The notes: generated by a model not told the origin, from the letters alone. A DNA stretch of 64,000 nt from Candidatus Terrybacteria bacterium RIFCSPHIGHO2_01_FULL_48_17 (GCA_001822835.1 MHSS01000002.1:65060-129059), one strand, 5' to 3'; positions 18,575-29,294 are shown, numbered from the stretch's first letter. A program made the numbers and translations.

Positions 18575-20113
18575 GTGGACAACAATATTGCTCGAAGAAT
18601 TATTGATGATGTGCTCGATTTTGTAGAAAAACATGGCGCATCTTATGCCGACGTGCGTTTGTATCTTGATGATCAGGGCGAATCTCTTTCCGTAAAAAAT
18701 GAGGTCGTGGAGTCCGCCTCTATTGGATCGGAATCGGGGGCGGGAGTGCGCGTACTCAAAAACGGTTCATGGGGTTTCGCAAGCTTTTCTGATTTATCTC
18801 GCCCAGAATCCATTTGTCGTCACGAACTCTTTGCGGCCGCACGCGAGGCATTGGCTTTGGCGGAAACCAGTTCACGCCTTCGTTCTTTTCCTTTAGAACT
18901 TGCTCCGTTGGGAAATGTGCCCTTGGTTGCAAACTACGAAACGTCGTATAGTGTCGATCCGTTTTCCGTCCCAATTTCAGAGAAGATCGCGCTTTTGAAG
19001 GATGCATGTGCGGCGTTGAATGATGCGAGCGGGAAAATCGCGGTACGAACCTCGGAACTAACTTCCGGCCGTTTCACTAAAATGTGGGCCGCATTTGAGC
19101 GAGGTCTCCCGCAGCGCCGATATATTACCCAGACGTTTCGTTCGTGCGCGTTTGAATTGTTTGTCCTCGCGATTGACGGCGACGAGGTACAAGAACGCTC
19201 CTTTGGACATGGCGGAATTGCGCACGCCGGGGGCCTGGAGTTCATTCACACGCTTAATGTACAGGATCTCGCAACACAGTTGCGTTCCGAGGCGCACGAA
19301 CTCCTTACTGCTCCCGAATGCGAGCCGGGCATGGCCGATATCATCATTCTTCCGCACCATCTTGGGTTGCATGTGCACGAAACCGGACATGCGTTTGAAG
19401 GAGACCGACTTCTTGGGTATGAGCAAACATACGTGGGCGGTACATTCATTAATGAAATTATTGCCGATATCGGTTCTTATCCCTTTGGTTCAGAAGCAGT
19501 TAATATTGTTGCTGAGGCCACGTTTCCTGGCGGATACGGTACGTTCGCGTTTGACGACGAGGGCGTACCCGCACAATCATTCCATCTGGTGGAGCAAGGC
19601 ATAATCAAAAACGTTTTGACTTCTCGGGAAACCGTGCAGCAAATCAATCGCCGTATTGGCCGTAACTATTTTACGCAAAGCAATGGAACTATGCGCGCTG
19701 CCTCTTATACCCGTATGCCCTTGATCCGCATGACTAATATTTCGCTTCTTCCGGGAAATGTTACGCTTTCTGATCTTATTGGGCGACTAGACCGCGGCCT
19801 TCTGCTTGAAGGAACGCAGTCATGGTCCATGAGTGAGGATCGCAAAAACTTCGATTTTGGCGTGCAATACGCGCGCGAAATTCGAAACGGCAAGATTGGA
19901 AGAGTGGTACGCAATGCCGGCTATACGGGCAATAACCTTGCATTTTGGCGTTCGTGCGAAGCCATTGCCGGAGAAAATGAGGCGTATATGCTGAACGTTC
20001 CAAACTGCGGGAAAGGCATGCCAGGGCAAAGCATGAGTACTGGGCATCGAACAAGCCCGGCGCTTTTCCGAAACGTCGAGGTGTTTAACCGGAAACAACG
20101 AGGAGGTTCATAA
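18575..20113 (+). CDS. tldD: TldD family metalloprotease subunit
   Basis: G.GVRVL..GSWGFAS, HETGHAFEGD, FDDEGVP, RMTN and CGKG motifs. Confidence 0.88.
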   Translation: MDNNIARRIIDDVLDFVEKHGASYADVRLYLDDQGESLSVKNEVVESASIGSESGAGVRVLKNGSWGFASFSDLSRPESICRHELFAAAREALALAETSSRLRSFPLELAPLGNVPLVANYETSYSVDPFSVPISEKIALLKDACAALNDASGKIAVRTSELTSGRFTKMWAAFERGLPQRRYITQTFRSCAFELFVLAIDGDEVQERSFGHGGIAHAGGLEFIHTLNVQDLATQLRSEAHELLTAPECEPGMADIIILPHHLGLHVHETGHAFEGDRLLGYEQTYVGGTFINEIIADIGSYPFGSEAVNIVAEATFPGGYGTFAFDDEGVPAQSFHLVEQGIIKNVLTSRETVQQINRRIGRNYFTQSNGTMRAASYTRMPLIRMTNISLLPGNVTLSDLIGRLDRGLLLEGTQSWSMSEDRKNFDFGVQYAREIRNGKIGRVVRNAGYTGNNLAFWRSCEAIAGENEAYMLNVPNCGKGMPGQSMSTGHRTSPALFRNVEVFNRKQRGGS

Positions 20114-21510
20114 TGCGCGGAAAGACCGAAACGCTGGATATTCTTTCGTGTGTCGTCAAAGAAGCGCGGCGACTGGGACTTGATGCAGAGGCGATCTGGT
20201 CGTCATACCGCGAAGCAACCATGCGGTCTGCGTGGGGTGAAGTCCATCAGACCCCTACGGCTGATGCAGGAATATTGGAGTTTCGTCTTCGGCGAGGGTT
20301 CCGAGCCGCACGTATTTCGGTTGCCGAGTCAAATCAGAAAGCAATCAGTGCTGCGGTGAAACGATGCAGCGAAATGCTTTCCGAAGTTCCAGAAAATCCT
20401 TATCTTCCCGATCTTCTCCATCCGCCGACCGATTTCCCAGAAGAAATAGGAAATCTTCAGGGCGTTCCTGAATTCCCTGATGATCTTACTGTTAAGGAAC
20501 GTGCCTTCGCACACGTTAAACGTTCCGCACGAGGGACTCAACTTGTGGGTTCTGGGCGTTTTTTCACCGCAGGGTGTGAAATGGGCGTTGCAAATACTGC
20601 TGGCCTCGCCCGTTATCATACAGCATCCTATTCATTCCTCTCGTTGGTGGTAACCGGCGCACATGGCCTTTCTTCGTATGCGGATCGAGCATCTACTTCC
20701 CCAGAAGGAGTCGATGTAGATGCGGTAATTGATGAGGCCTTTGCGCGCGCAGCGCGTGCGCAGCAATTGCCATTTTTTGATCCGTTTAGCGACGGAAAAG
20801 GAGCGCGGCGTTATGATTCCGTGTTTACCCATTACGCGGTGGGTGAGTGGCTATATTGGTTAAGCATGTTTATTTTTAACGGACTTTCCGTTTTTGAGGG
20901 AGAATCGTTTTTAAGCGGATATCGTATCGGCGATCGTATCACCGGTGATCGTTTCAGCATGAGAGATGACTGGACGCACCCGGGTGTAATCCCCCTGCCG
21001 TTTGATCTTGAGGGCGCGACGCGAAGCGTTCTTCCGCTTGTTGAGAGAGGAATTTTCAGAGGCATTCCTTGCGATGGCATGACCGCGAAGAAAAGTGGGA
21101 TGAAATCAACCGGCCATTCGCTTTTTGGTTCATGGGGCGCAGTACCATTTTGTGTTGTGGTAGACGGCGGAAATGATACGTTTGAGACGCTCGTTGCGCA
21201 AAGCGTTACGCCAACCATTGTGGGGACATATTTCAACTATCCCAGCTTGCCGGATTTGCGCGAGGCGGTATTCACCGCAACGACCAGACACGGCACGTTT
21301 TTGGTAGAGGATGGAAAATATAAAGCGGTATGTCCTCCGTTGCGTCTTCGCATGCGATCGTTCGAAGCGCTTGAGCGCATTGATGGCATGACGCCCCCGC
21401 GATTGATTCGAGGACAGGAAAATTACGGCATGTTTTATCCGATATCATTGGTGGTTCCCGCGATGCGCCTGAGCGATGTCAATTTTGTGGGAAGCAATCC
21501 GACTATTTAA
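20113..21510 (+). CDS. PmbA/TldE family partner subunit
   Basis: Coupled to tldD by TAATG. PFDLEG, STGH and FLVEDG motifs, no HExxH. Confidence 0.8.
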   Translation: MRGKTETLDILSCVVKEARRLGLDAEAIWSSYREATMRSAWGEVHQTPTADAGILEFRLRRGFRAARISVAESNQKAISAAVKRCSEMLSEVPENPYLPDLLHPPTDFPEEIGNLQGVPEFPDDLTVKERAFAHVKRSARGTQLVGSGRFFTAGCEMGVANTAGLARYHTASYSFLSLVVTGAHGLSSYADRASTSPEGVDVDAVIDEAFARAARAQQLPFFDPFSDGKGARRYDSVFTHYAVGEWLYWLSMFIFNGLSVFEGESFLSGYRIGDRITGDRFSMRDDWTHPGVIPLPFDLEGATRSVLPLVERGIFRGIPCDGMTAKKSGMKSTGHSLFGSWGAVPFCVVVDGGNDTFETLVAQSVTPTIVGTYFNYPSLPDLREAVFTATTRHGTFLVEDGKYKAVCPPLRLRMRSFEALERIDGMTPPRLIRGQENYGMFYPISLVVPAMRLSDVNFVGSNPTI

Positions 21511-21605
21511 TAAATAATTCAAAGACCCTCTGCGCTGCAGGGGGTTTGTTGCTTTTCAAGAGGTGGTATTTTATAATGCATACACCTTAAAAATCGCAAA
21601 AGGCG

Positions 21606-22883
21606 GTGGTTGTAGTGAAGCTTCATCAGTTTCGTCTCCCCAACGACATCCCTGCAGTCGCGTATCCCATGCCAAGTACCATGAGTGTATGTCTTGCCGT
21701 TTCTTTTAGTTGCGGATCACGCTATGAATCTAAAGAACAGAACGGTATGGCGCATTTTCTTGAGCACCTGCTTTTTCGGGGAAGTAAACGTTATCCTGAT
21801 ATCGCGCGCGTGGTTGAGGGCGCAGGCGGAAGGAAGAACGGTTTTACCGCACAGGAAACCATACTTTATTTCACTCACGTTCCTGATGGAAAGAGTAAGC
21901 TTGCAGCGCAAGTGTTGTCAGACATGTTGATAAGGCCATTGTTTCGCCCTTCCGATATCGAAACCGAGCGCGGGGTTGTAGAACAAGAGCTTCGCGGATA
22001 TCTTCAAGATTCTGCCGATCGCGCCGAGGAAACCGCGATGGCGCTTTACTTTCAAGATCATCCAATGGGCCAGTCGATTGGTGGACCTATTGAGAATCTT
22101 GCAAAATGGGGGCGAGAGGATATTAGGGCTTTCTTTCAGACGTTTTATTGCGCAGAACGTGCCAATATTGCACTTGCCGGGAATGTAGATGTTACAGCAA
22201 TATCAGCTTTGCTCTCGCCCTTTGAAATAATTCCGCAGCACGTCGATTGCCAAAGGGTGATCAACATACCTTCTCTTCCCGTTATTTCCCGCGTTGCCGT
22301 GCGGCGTCTAAAGCAGCGCGAGCAGGCGTATTTTTTCCTTATTCTTCCGGGTCCCGTTTACGCACATTCTCTCAGGCGCGCAAGCAGTTTTGCTACAGAT
22401 ATTCTAGGACAGGGAATGAGCTCTCGTTTAGAAAGGGTTTTGCGAGATGAGCTTGGTTTCGTCTACCATGTGGGAGCATCCCTCAATGCTTCTCAAGATT
22501 ACGGTATCGTGGCAATTGTGGGAGCTACTTCTCCAGGACAGCTTATGCAATGTATGCGTCGTATCATTGAGGAGTTGCGTCTGCTATCGAGAGCGGGGGT
22601 GACACGCGCCGAATATTTACGCGCAAAATCAATGCGGACCGCAAGAATAATGATAGCTTCATATTCTCCAGAAAACATAGCGCGAAGGAATGCGGCTGTG
22701 ATGGCGCTTGGGATGCCGGTCTATACACCCCATGAGCGCATCGAACATGAACGCGCAGTGCGTCACGAGGAAGTTAACGAGGCGGCGCGATTATTTCTAA
22801 ACCCCTCTGTGGTTACCTTAGCAGTAGCCGGTAACGTTAAAGAGTCCGAACAAGAGCTTTTGGATATCATCCAAAACGCATAG
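21606..22883 (+). CDS. M16 family peptidase
   Basis: GMAHFLEHLLFRGS (HxxEH) and GMSSRL...LRDELGFVY. Confidence 0.9.
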   Translation: MVVVKLHQFRLPNDIPAVAYPMPSTMSVCLAVSFSCGSRYESKEQNGMAHFLEHLLFRGSKRYPDIARVVEGAGGRKNGFTAQETILYFTHVPDGKSKLAAQVLSDMLIRPLFRPSDIETERGVVEQELRGYLQDSADRAEETAMALYFQDHPMGQSIGGPIENLAKWGREDIRAFFQTFYCAERANIALAGNVDVTAISALLSPFEIIPQHVDCQRVINIPSLPVISRVAVRRLKQREQAYFFLILPGPVYAHSLRRASSFATDILGQGMSSRLERVLRDELGFVYHVGASLNASQDYGIVAIVGATSPGQLMQCMRRIIEELRLLSRAGVTRAEYLRAKSMRTARIMIASYSPENIARRNAAVMALGMPVYTPHERIEHERAVRHEEVNEAARLFLNPSVVTLAVAGNVKESEQELLDIIQNA

Positions 22884-23026
22884 CAGTCCCTTGGCTAAAG
22901 CCAGGGGGCTTTTCTTTTGGGTAAAAAAGCCATACGATGGATTTATAAGGTAATCCGCCTTCGCTAAAGCTTCGGCGAGATGCTCATAGTGGCATCTGCT
23001 CGAAGTTTCTCGCAGGCCACTATGGC

Positions 23027-24859
23027 ATGTGCGGAATAGTTGGTTATGCAGGGAAAAGGGAAGCAGCACCCATCTTACTTGATGGGTTAAAGCGTTTGGA
23101 ATATCGCGGATACGACTCCGCGGGTATCGCGGTTCAAGATGGCTCTACCCATGATGCAAAGGTGCTGCGAAAAGTTGGGCGCGTGGCGCAACTCGAGGAC
23201 GCCCTGCAAAGATCTATGCCCCAAGGCATCACCGGCATTTCCCACACGAGATGGGCAACCCATGGGGTGCCGTCGGTAGGAAATGCCCATCCGCATGCCG
23301 ACTGCACAGCCGCTTTCCATGTGGTGCATAATGGCATTATTGAAAATTATGCAACGTTGCGCGAGGAATTGAAAGGAAGAGGGCATCGCTTCTCATCGGA
23401 AACCGATACCGAGGTTATGGCGCATCTTGTGGAAGAGTGTTTTCGCGGAACCCTGGAAGATGCGGTAGCTGAGGCATTAAGACGCCTACGAGGTACATGG
23501 GCATTTGCTGTGATTTCTTCCCGCGACCCGGGGAAAGTAGTGGCTGCTCGCAATTCTTCGCCGTTACTTTTGGCGATAGGCGACAATGAACACTTTGTCG
23601 CATCAGATGCGTCGGCGGTATTGTCCGCCACAAAAAAAGTGGTGTATCTGGAAGATGGCGAAATGGCAGTGCTTACGTATGACGGATTCCGGATTTCGGA
23701 TGTTGATGATATAGAATTGCGCAAGCGTCTTGTGGAGATTCCCTGGACGCTTGAGGAAGCCGAGAAGGGAGGACACTCGCATTTCATGCATAAAGAAATT
23801 TGGGAGGGGCCCGAAGTTGTACATAACGCTTTGCGCGGCCGCATTCGTACAAAAGAGGGGATGGTCAAGTTAGGGGGACTTGAAGAAGTGCAGGAACGAC
23901 TTTACAGGGCAGAGCGGCTTGTGCTTACGGGAATGGGAACGGCCTTTCACGCAGCGCTTTTGGGCGAATATTTTTTAGAAGAGCTTGCTGGGATTCCTGC
24001 GGAAACCGAATATGCTGCGGAATTTCGCTATAAAAAAACGCCCGTAGCCAGAAATTCTGTTTTGCTTGCAGTATCACAGTCGGGAGAGACGGCAGATACG
24101 TTGGCGGCGTTGCGCAAAGCGCGGGAGCAGGGAATGCTTGCGTTGGGAATCGTGAATGTGGTTGGCTCGACCATCGCGCGGGAAACCGATGCGGGCATTT
24201 ATAACCATGCTGGTCCAGAAATTGGCGTTGCCTCAACAAAAGCGTTTCTTTCCCAGGTAGTGGTGTTGTTGCTTACCTCATTATTTTTGGGCAAACAGCG
24301 AGGTATGGATATGGGGTTGGCGAAAGAAATTTTAGAAGAGCTGGAGAAAATCCCTGAAAAAATGAGAAAGATCCTACGACAGGAAGACCAGATAAAAGAA
24401 CTAGCAAATCATTACGCGGCCTTTCACGACTTCCTTTTTATCGGCAGGAAGTTTTCCGCGCCAGTTGCGCTTGAAGGGGCGCTCAAGCTGAAAGAAATCA
24501 GTTATTTGCATGCCGAAGGGTACAATGCCGCCGAGATGAAACACGGGCCCATTGCAATGATTGACGAAAACTTTCCGACCGTTGCCGTGGTGCCGGACGA
24601 CATGATACGAGATAAAACGCTTTCTAATATGGAAGAAATTCGCGCCCGCCAGGGGCCGATTTTGGCAATTGCAACAGAAGGGGATAGGAAAGTTGCGGAA
24701 GTTGCCACCGATACGTTCTTTGTTCCCAAAACCCATGAGATGTTAACGCCGCTTCTCACCACCGTGCCGTTACAGTTGTTGTCCTATCACCTCGGTGTTT
24801 CCAAGGGGTATGATGTGGACAAGCCGAGAAATCTTGCCAAAAGCGTTACCGTTGAATAG
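23027..24859 (+). CDS. glmS: glutamine--fructose-6-phosphate transaminase
   Basis: MCGIVG, HTRWATHG, SQSGETAD and PRNLAKSVTVE motifs. Confidence 0.97.
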   Translation: MCGIVGYAGKREAAPILLDGLKRLEYRGYDSAGIAVQDGSTHDAKVLRKVGRVAQLEDALQRSMPQGITGISHTRWATHGVPSVGNAHPHADCTAAFHVVHNGIIENYATLREELKGRGHRFSSETDTEVMAHLVEECFRGTLEDAVAEALRRLRGTWAFAVISSRDPGKVVAARNSSPLLLAIGDNEHFVASDASAVLSATKKVVYLEDGEMAVLTYDGFRISDVDDIELRKRLVEIPWTLEEAEKGGHSHFMHKEIWEGPEVVHNALRGRIRTKEGMVKLGGLEEVQERLYRAERLVLTGMGTAFHAALLGEYFLEELAGIPAETEYAAEFRYKKTPVARNSVLLAVSQSGETADTLAALRKAREQGMLALGIVNVVGSTIARETDAGIYNHAGPEIGVASTKAFLSQVVVLLLTSLFLGKQRGMDMGLAKEILEELEKIPEKMRKILRQEDQIKELANHYAAFHDFLFIGRKFSAPVALEGALKLKEISYLHAEGYNAAEMKHGPIAMIDENFPTVAVVPDDMIRDKTLSNMEEIRARQGPILAIATEGDRKVAEVATDTFFVPKTHEMLTPLLTTVPLQLLSYHLGVSKGYDVDKPRNLAKSVTVE

Positions 24860-24863
24860 CTCT

Positions 24864-25472
24864 ATGTCCAAGGAAGAATACCGGGCAGCATTTAAAGAAA
24901 TTTTTGCGGCATCAAGCGAAGATGCGGAACGTACTCGTGCAAAAACTTCCCGGGAAGTTTTTCCTCAATATGCCAATCTTGATATCAACGATGATGCGGT
25001 AATCCAAAAAGCCGTTGATGAGTTGAGAGAACGCGTGGGTTTGTTCACGACCTCTGACGAGCTTGCCGAAACTGTTGCCGGGGGAGGCGTCATTCCCGTG
25101 AAGGACGATGTCAAGGAAGTGGCGGATAGATATGAAGGGGGGCCATTGCGAGATCCGCTTGTGGAGTTAGATATAGAGCGCGTGCCAGCGGAGTTCCGAG
25201 ACATGCTTATCGAACACGAACTCGCGGAGATGCTTTTTGAGATGAACGGGCTTAATCGTGACGATGCGCATAGCCGGGCGTTGATATTTGAATATCGCAA
25301 GGCGTTCGAGCTTCCCGACCCGTATGCTTTTCAGGAATATGTACGGTCAACTTACCATGAACAGTTAGAAAGGACACCCGAATGGACTGATATTATTACG
25401 CATCGTTTGAGAGAACGCGAGAAGGTATTCAAGCGGTTTAAACAGGAACACAAAGATCGCTCTAATCGCTAA
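24864..25472 (+). CDS. hypothetical protein
   Basis: Acidic ORF with a possible metal site (EHELAE...AH). Confidence 0.65.
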   Translation: MSKEEYRAAFKEIFAASSEDAERTRAKTSREVFPQYANLDINDDAVIQKAVDELRERVGLFTTSDELAETVAGGGVIPVKDDVKEVADRYEGGPLRDPLVELDIERVPAEFRDMLIEHELAEMLFEMNGLNRDDAHSRALIFEYRKAFELPDPYAFQEYVRSTYHEQLERTPEWTDIITHRLREREKVFKRFKQEHKDRSNR

Positions 25473-25518
25473 CCGCTATTCGCTATCGACCGTTCACTAC
25501 TCGTCACTCTCTGATTTC

Positions 25519-25677
25519 ATGGTTCAACACATCGAAAAGGACGGCGGGGATATGTATATCTGCGATGAATGCCGTTTTCGCTACAAAGAAAAGGAATATG
25601 CACAAATGTGCGAAGCGTGGTGCAGGGAACATCAAAGCTGTAATCTTAAGATCATAAAGCATGCAATAAAGCAATAG
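25519..25677 (+). CDS. 52-aa Cys-rich putative zinc-binding protein (absent from ORF track)
   Basis: Translates to MVQHIEKDGGDMYICDECRFRYKEKEYAQMCEAWCREHQSCNLKIIKHAIKQ and fills the gap before pgk. Confidence 0.75.
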   Translation: MVQHIEKDGGDMYICDECRFRYKEKEYAQMCEAWCREHQSCNLKIIKHAIKQ

Positions 25678-25699
25678 TGTTGCTAAGATAAAGATAAGC

Positions 25700-26863
25700 A
25701 TGAAAACACTCCAAAGTATGGATGTTGGCGGCAAGCGCGTGATTGTGCGTGCCGATCTTAACGTTTCGTTCCGGGAAGATGGCGCGATCAGCGACGATTT
25801 TCGCCTTAAGGCCTTTTTGCCAACTCTTCGAACACTACAAAGCCGGGATGCGATTACTCTTGTGTTTTCGCATTTGGGGAGACCCGACGGGAAACGAGTC
25901 GAGCGTTTTGCCCTCAAGCCAGTTGCAGAAAAACTTTCCGAATTATTAGGAAAAGATATTTTGTTTATTGATGAAACGGTCGGTAAAAAAGCGAGTGCTG
26001 CAGCGCAAAACGCAAAGCCAGGTGATATTATTGTTTTTGAAAATCTTCGATTTAACCCCGGCGAAGAATCAAACGATTCCTCTTTTGCCAGGGAGCTTTC
26101 GGAACTTGGGGAGCTTTATGTAGATGACGCATTCGGGGTATGCCATCGTGCTCATGCATCGGTCGTGGGTTTGCCAAAACTTTTACCTTCCGCCGCAGGA
26201 ATGCTTTTGGTCCGGGAAATCGCCACATTAACTGCTCTTCGGGACAATCCAGAGCGGCCGCTTACGGTTATTTTAGGAGGTGCTAAAATTTCAACCAAAT
26301 TACCTATTGTCAAGCATATGTTGCCGCGTACTGATGCGCTTTGTTTGGGGGGTGCCCTTGCCAATACGGTGCTTAAAGCAAAAGGGTTTCATGTGGGAAG
26401 ATCCATGATCGAGGAAAGCATGGTTGAACAAATGAAGGAGTTGGTTCAGGACGGAAAAAAATTGCATTTGCCCAAAGACGTAGTAGTTGCCCAAGAGGCG
26501 CTTGCGAATGCTGTTGTGCGTACATGTCTGACAGGTGAGGTGCATGAACAGGAGATGATGCTTGATATTGGGCCAAAAACAGCCGAAGAGTTTATGGAAA
26601 TCGCACAGAAATCGCGAACCGTATTTTGGAATGGGCCGCTTGGCTGGACAGAAATCCCTGCTTTTGCCAAAGGTACGGAATATGTCGCAAGACGGCTTGG
26701 AGATATTGAGGGGTTTACGGTAGTTGGGGGAGGGGATATTGTCGCAGCTCTTGCCAATATGCGGTTACTCGATAAATTTAAGTTTATCTCAACGGGCGGG
26801 GGCGCCATGCTTGAATTTTTGGCAGGCAAGGAACTTCCCGGCGTTGCGGCACTTACACAGTAA
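25700..26863 (+). CDS. pgk: phosphoglycerate kinase
   Basis: RADLNV, SHLGRP, ENLRF, HRAHAS and STGGGAMLE motifs. Confidence 0.96.
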   Translation: MKTLQSMDVGGKRVIVRADLNVSFREDGAISDDFRLKAFLPTLRTLQSRDAITLVFSHLGRPDGKRVERFALKPVAEKLSELLGKDILFIDETVGKKASAAAQNAKPGDIIVFENLRFNPGEESNDSSFARELSELGELYVDDAFGVCHRAHASVVGLPKLLPSAAGMLLVREIATLTALRDNPERPLTVILGGAKISTKLPIVKHMLPRTDALCLGGALANTVLKAKGFHVGRSMIEESMVEQMKELVQDGKKLHLPKDVVVAQEALANAVVRTCLTGEVHEQEMMLDIGPKTAEEFMEIAQKSRTVFWNGPLGWTEIPAFAKGTEYVARRLGDIEGFTVVGGGDIVAALANMRLLDKFKFISTGGGAMLEFLAGKELPGVAALTQ

Positions 26864-26881
26864 ACTCTAAAGATTTTTGAT

Positions 26882-28618
26882 ATGAGACGGTTGCATCCCC
26901 AAGCACCAAAACCACGCTGGATTCTTAAACCGCAGCCGAGTGCTGCGGCTCTTCGTGTGCTTGGCAATTATCCGCCACAGTTGGCAACTCTTTTGTGGCA
27001 ACGGGGTCTTAAAACCCAAAAAACAGCTTCGGTTTTCCTAAATCCCGATTTTACGCAGCGAGCCGATCCGCGGGTTTTAAAGGATATGGAGAAGGCAGTT
27101 GAGCGTCTCGCGCGGGCGCAGAAACACCATGAGCGCGTTTTTGTCGCGGGAGATTTAGATCACGACGGCATTTGTGGCGCCGTTTTACTCTCAGGGTTTT
27201 TTAAAGACATGGGATTGGCCCACGAGGCCTATATGCCTTCGGAGGAGGAGGGACACGAGTTAAGCTATGTTGCAGTAGAGCGTGCAGAAAAATTTGGCGC
27301 AACACTTCTGATAACAGTCGATTTTGGCGTTTCCAGTAAATCGGCAATCGCATGGGCGCGACGCAAAGGTATGGATGTTATAATTTTGGATCATCATATG
27401 CTACCTCAAGACCTCCCAGAGGCGTATGCAATAATTGATCCTCGGTATCTTGGTACGCCAACCCCGTTGAGTTATCTGTGCGGAGCAGGCGTTGCGTTTG
27501 CCTTTGTCGATGCTTGTGCGCGTGGGGGAATACTGCCCCAAAAAATTCGCGACCAAAACTCCTATTTACGCAGTTTTCTTGATCTTGTTGCTATGGCCAC
27601 GATTGGAGATTTGGTACCGCTTCAGGGCGACAACAGGAGTTTCGTGCGCGAGGGTCTTACGGTATTGGGGGAGCGGAAACGCATTGGTGTTGCAGCGTTA
27701 TGCGGGATCGCACGTTTAAAAGAGGTTGTGGGGGAGGACGATGTGGCATTTTTGCTTGTGCCGCCTCTCAACGCTGCGCGACGTTTGGGAAATGCATCTT
27801 TGGCGTATGATCTTTTGCGTGTTCGTACTGTAAAGTCCGCAGAGAAACTTGCGCGCAGCATCGGTCGTGCAAATGCCGCAAGACAAACCGCTGCAAAACG
27901 TTTCATTAAAGAGGCCATGGAAAAAATCGAGCGTGAAAACGAAATCCCTTGGGTAATTATTATCGGTGATGCATCGTGGCCAATGTCGTATTTGTCCATC
28001 CTTGCTTCGCGCATTAAAGATCGCTATCACCGGCCGGTGTTTGTATGGTCGCGGCACCCCGAAGGTTTTTTGCGGATGTCCTCACGTTCGATTCCCGCGT
28101 TTGATCTTGTAGATGCTATGCAAAAATGTGGCGGTGGAGATTTTTTCAAAAAATACGGCGGACATCCGCAAGCAGCCGGTGGAGATTTTGAGGCAAACAA
28201 ATTTGTGGAATTTGAACGGCGTATGATTGCGCACGCAAAAACCTTGCTTTCGCCTGAGAATTTAATGCCCACTATCGAGATTGACCTTGAACTTAAAGGA
28301 CATGAGCTTGGGCCCGAACTTTCCAAAAGTTTTGAACCGCTGGCTCCCTTTGGCAAGGAGAACCCTCGTCCGCGCGTAGCGGTGCGTCAGCTCCGGGTTA
28401 TTTCTGTAGGAAAGCCGACGAAAGGATGGTTTGGAAAAATTTCTGTTGTCCCCGAAAACGGCGGACGGCTAATAACAGTATTTGCCGAACAAGATCACCC
28501 CGCATTTAATTTTCGACAGGGAGATATAATCGATATGGTGATTGAATATTCGCGCCTCTTTGGCATGTCGGCCGATAAAACCGCGCTTGCGATTCTTGTC
28601 GATGCCCACCTTCACTGA
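26882..28618 (+). CDS. recJ: ssDNA exonuclease RecJ (DHH family)
   Basis: GDLDHDG, TVDFG, LDHH, GGHPQAAG and PFG.ENP motifs. Confidence 0.9.
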   Translation: MRRLHPQAPKPRWILKPQPSAAALRVLGNYPPQLATLLWQRGLKTQKTASVFLNPDFTQRADPRVLKDMEKAVERLARAQKHHERVFVAGDLDHDGICGAVLLSGFFKDMGLAHEAYMPSEEEGHELSYVAVERAEKFGATLLITVDFGVSSKSAIAWARRKGMDVIILDHHMLPQDLPEAYAIIDPRYLGTPTPLSYLCGAGVAFAFVDACARGGILPQKIRDQNSYLRSFLDLVAMATIGDLVPLQGDNRSFVREGLTVLGERKRIGVAALCGIARLKEVVGEDDVAFLLVPPLNAARRLGNASLAYDLLRVRTVKSAEKLARSIGRANAARQTAAKRFIKEAMEKIERENEIPWVIIIGDASWPMSYLSILASRIKDRYHRPVFVWSRHPEGFLRMSSRSIPAFDLVDAMQKCGGGDFFKKYGGHPQAAGGDFEANKFVEFERRMIAHAKTLLSPENLMPTIEIDLELKGHELGPELSKSFEPLAPFGKENPRPRVAVRQLRVISVGKPTKGWFGKISVVPENGGRLITVFAEQDHPAFNFRQGDIIDMVIEYSRLFGMSADKTALAILVDAHLH

Positions 28619-28700
28619 AGTTTCGGCGAGCAAGCCGGATGGCATATAATGTTTCACCAAACGGGCGAATCTGTATTATATTCGTGTTATAATAATTATA

Positions 28701-29294
28701 ATGACCACTCATCCTAAAGAAGAAAAAACACTGCTTATTATAAAGCCCGATGCGGTAAGGCGTGGCTTGATTGGGGAAATAATAAAACGCGTTGAGGTGC
28801 GAGGACTTAAAATTGTTGCCCTACGCATGTTTTGGGCAAAACCCGAGGATATGGACCGACATTATCCTAAGGATCAAACATGGATTAGGCGCTTGGGCGA
28901 AAAAACGCTTACTACCTACGAAAAATATGGATATGACGCCAAAAAAGAACTGGGAACTACTGATGTTTTAGAAATTGGTACACAGGTGCGAGGATGGCTG
29001 ATTTCGTTTATGACAGCCGGTCCCTTGGTGAAAATGATTGTTCAAGGAGTACACGCGGTTGATATGGTGCGAAAACTTGTCGGTCAAACCATGCCCGCGA
29101 TGGCGGAAATGGGAACTATCCGCGGAGATTATTCGGTTGATTCTGCTGCTGCGGCAAATCAAGACAAAAGAGCGGTTCGTAATTTAGTTCACGCATCCGA
29201 AACGCCCGATGAGGCGGCAAATGAGATTGGGCTTTGGTTTTCCAAAAACGAAATATTCGAGTATCCGCGGTCCGACGAAGATGCCATTTGGTAA
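28701..29294 (+). CDS. ndk: nucleoside diphosphate kinase
   Basis: IIKPDAV.RGL.GEII, GTIRGD and NLVHAS motifs. Confidence 0.95.
   Translation: MTTHPKEEKTLLIIKPDAVRRGLIGEIIKRVEVRGLKIVALRMFWAKPEDMDRHYPKDQTWIRRLGEKTLTTYEKYGYDAKKELGTTDVLEIGTQVRGWLISFMTAGPLVKMIVQGVHAVDMVRKLVGQTMPAMAEMGTIRGDYSVDSAAAANQDKRAVRNLVHASETPDEAANEIGLWFSKNEIFEYPRSDEDAIW

Noticed and set aside
22884-23026. glmS ribozyme
   Set aside because: The core AGCGCC...GACGAGG motifs are absent.
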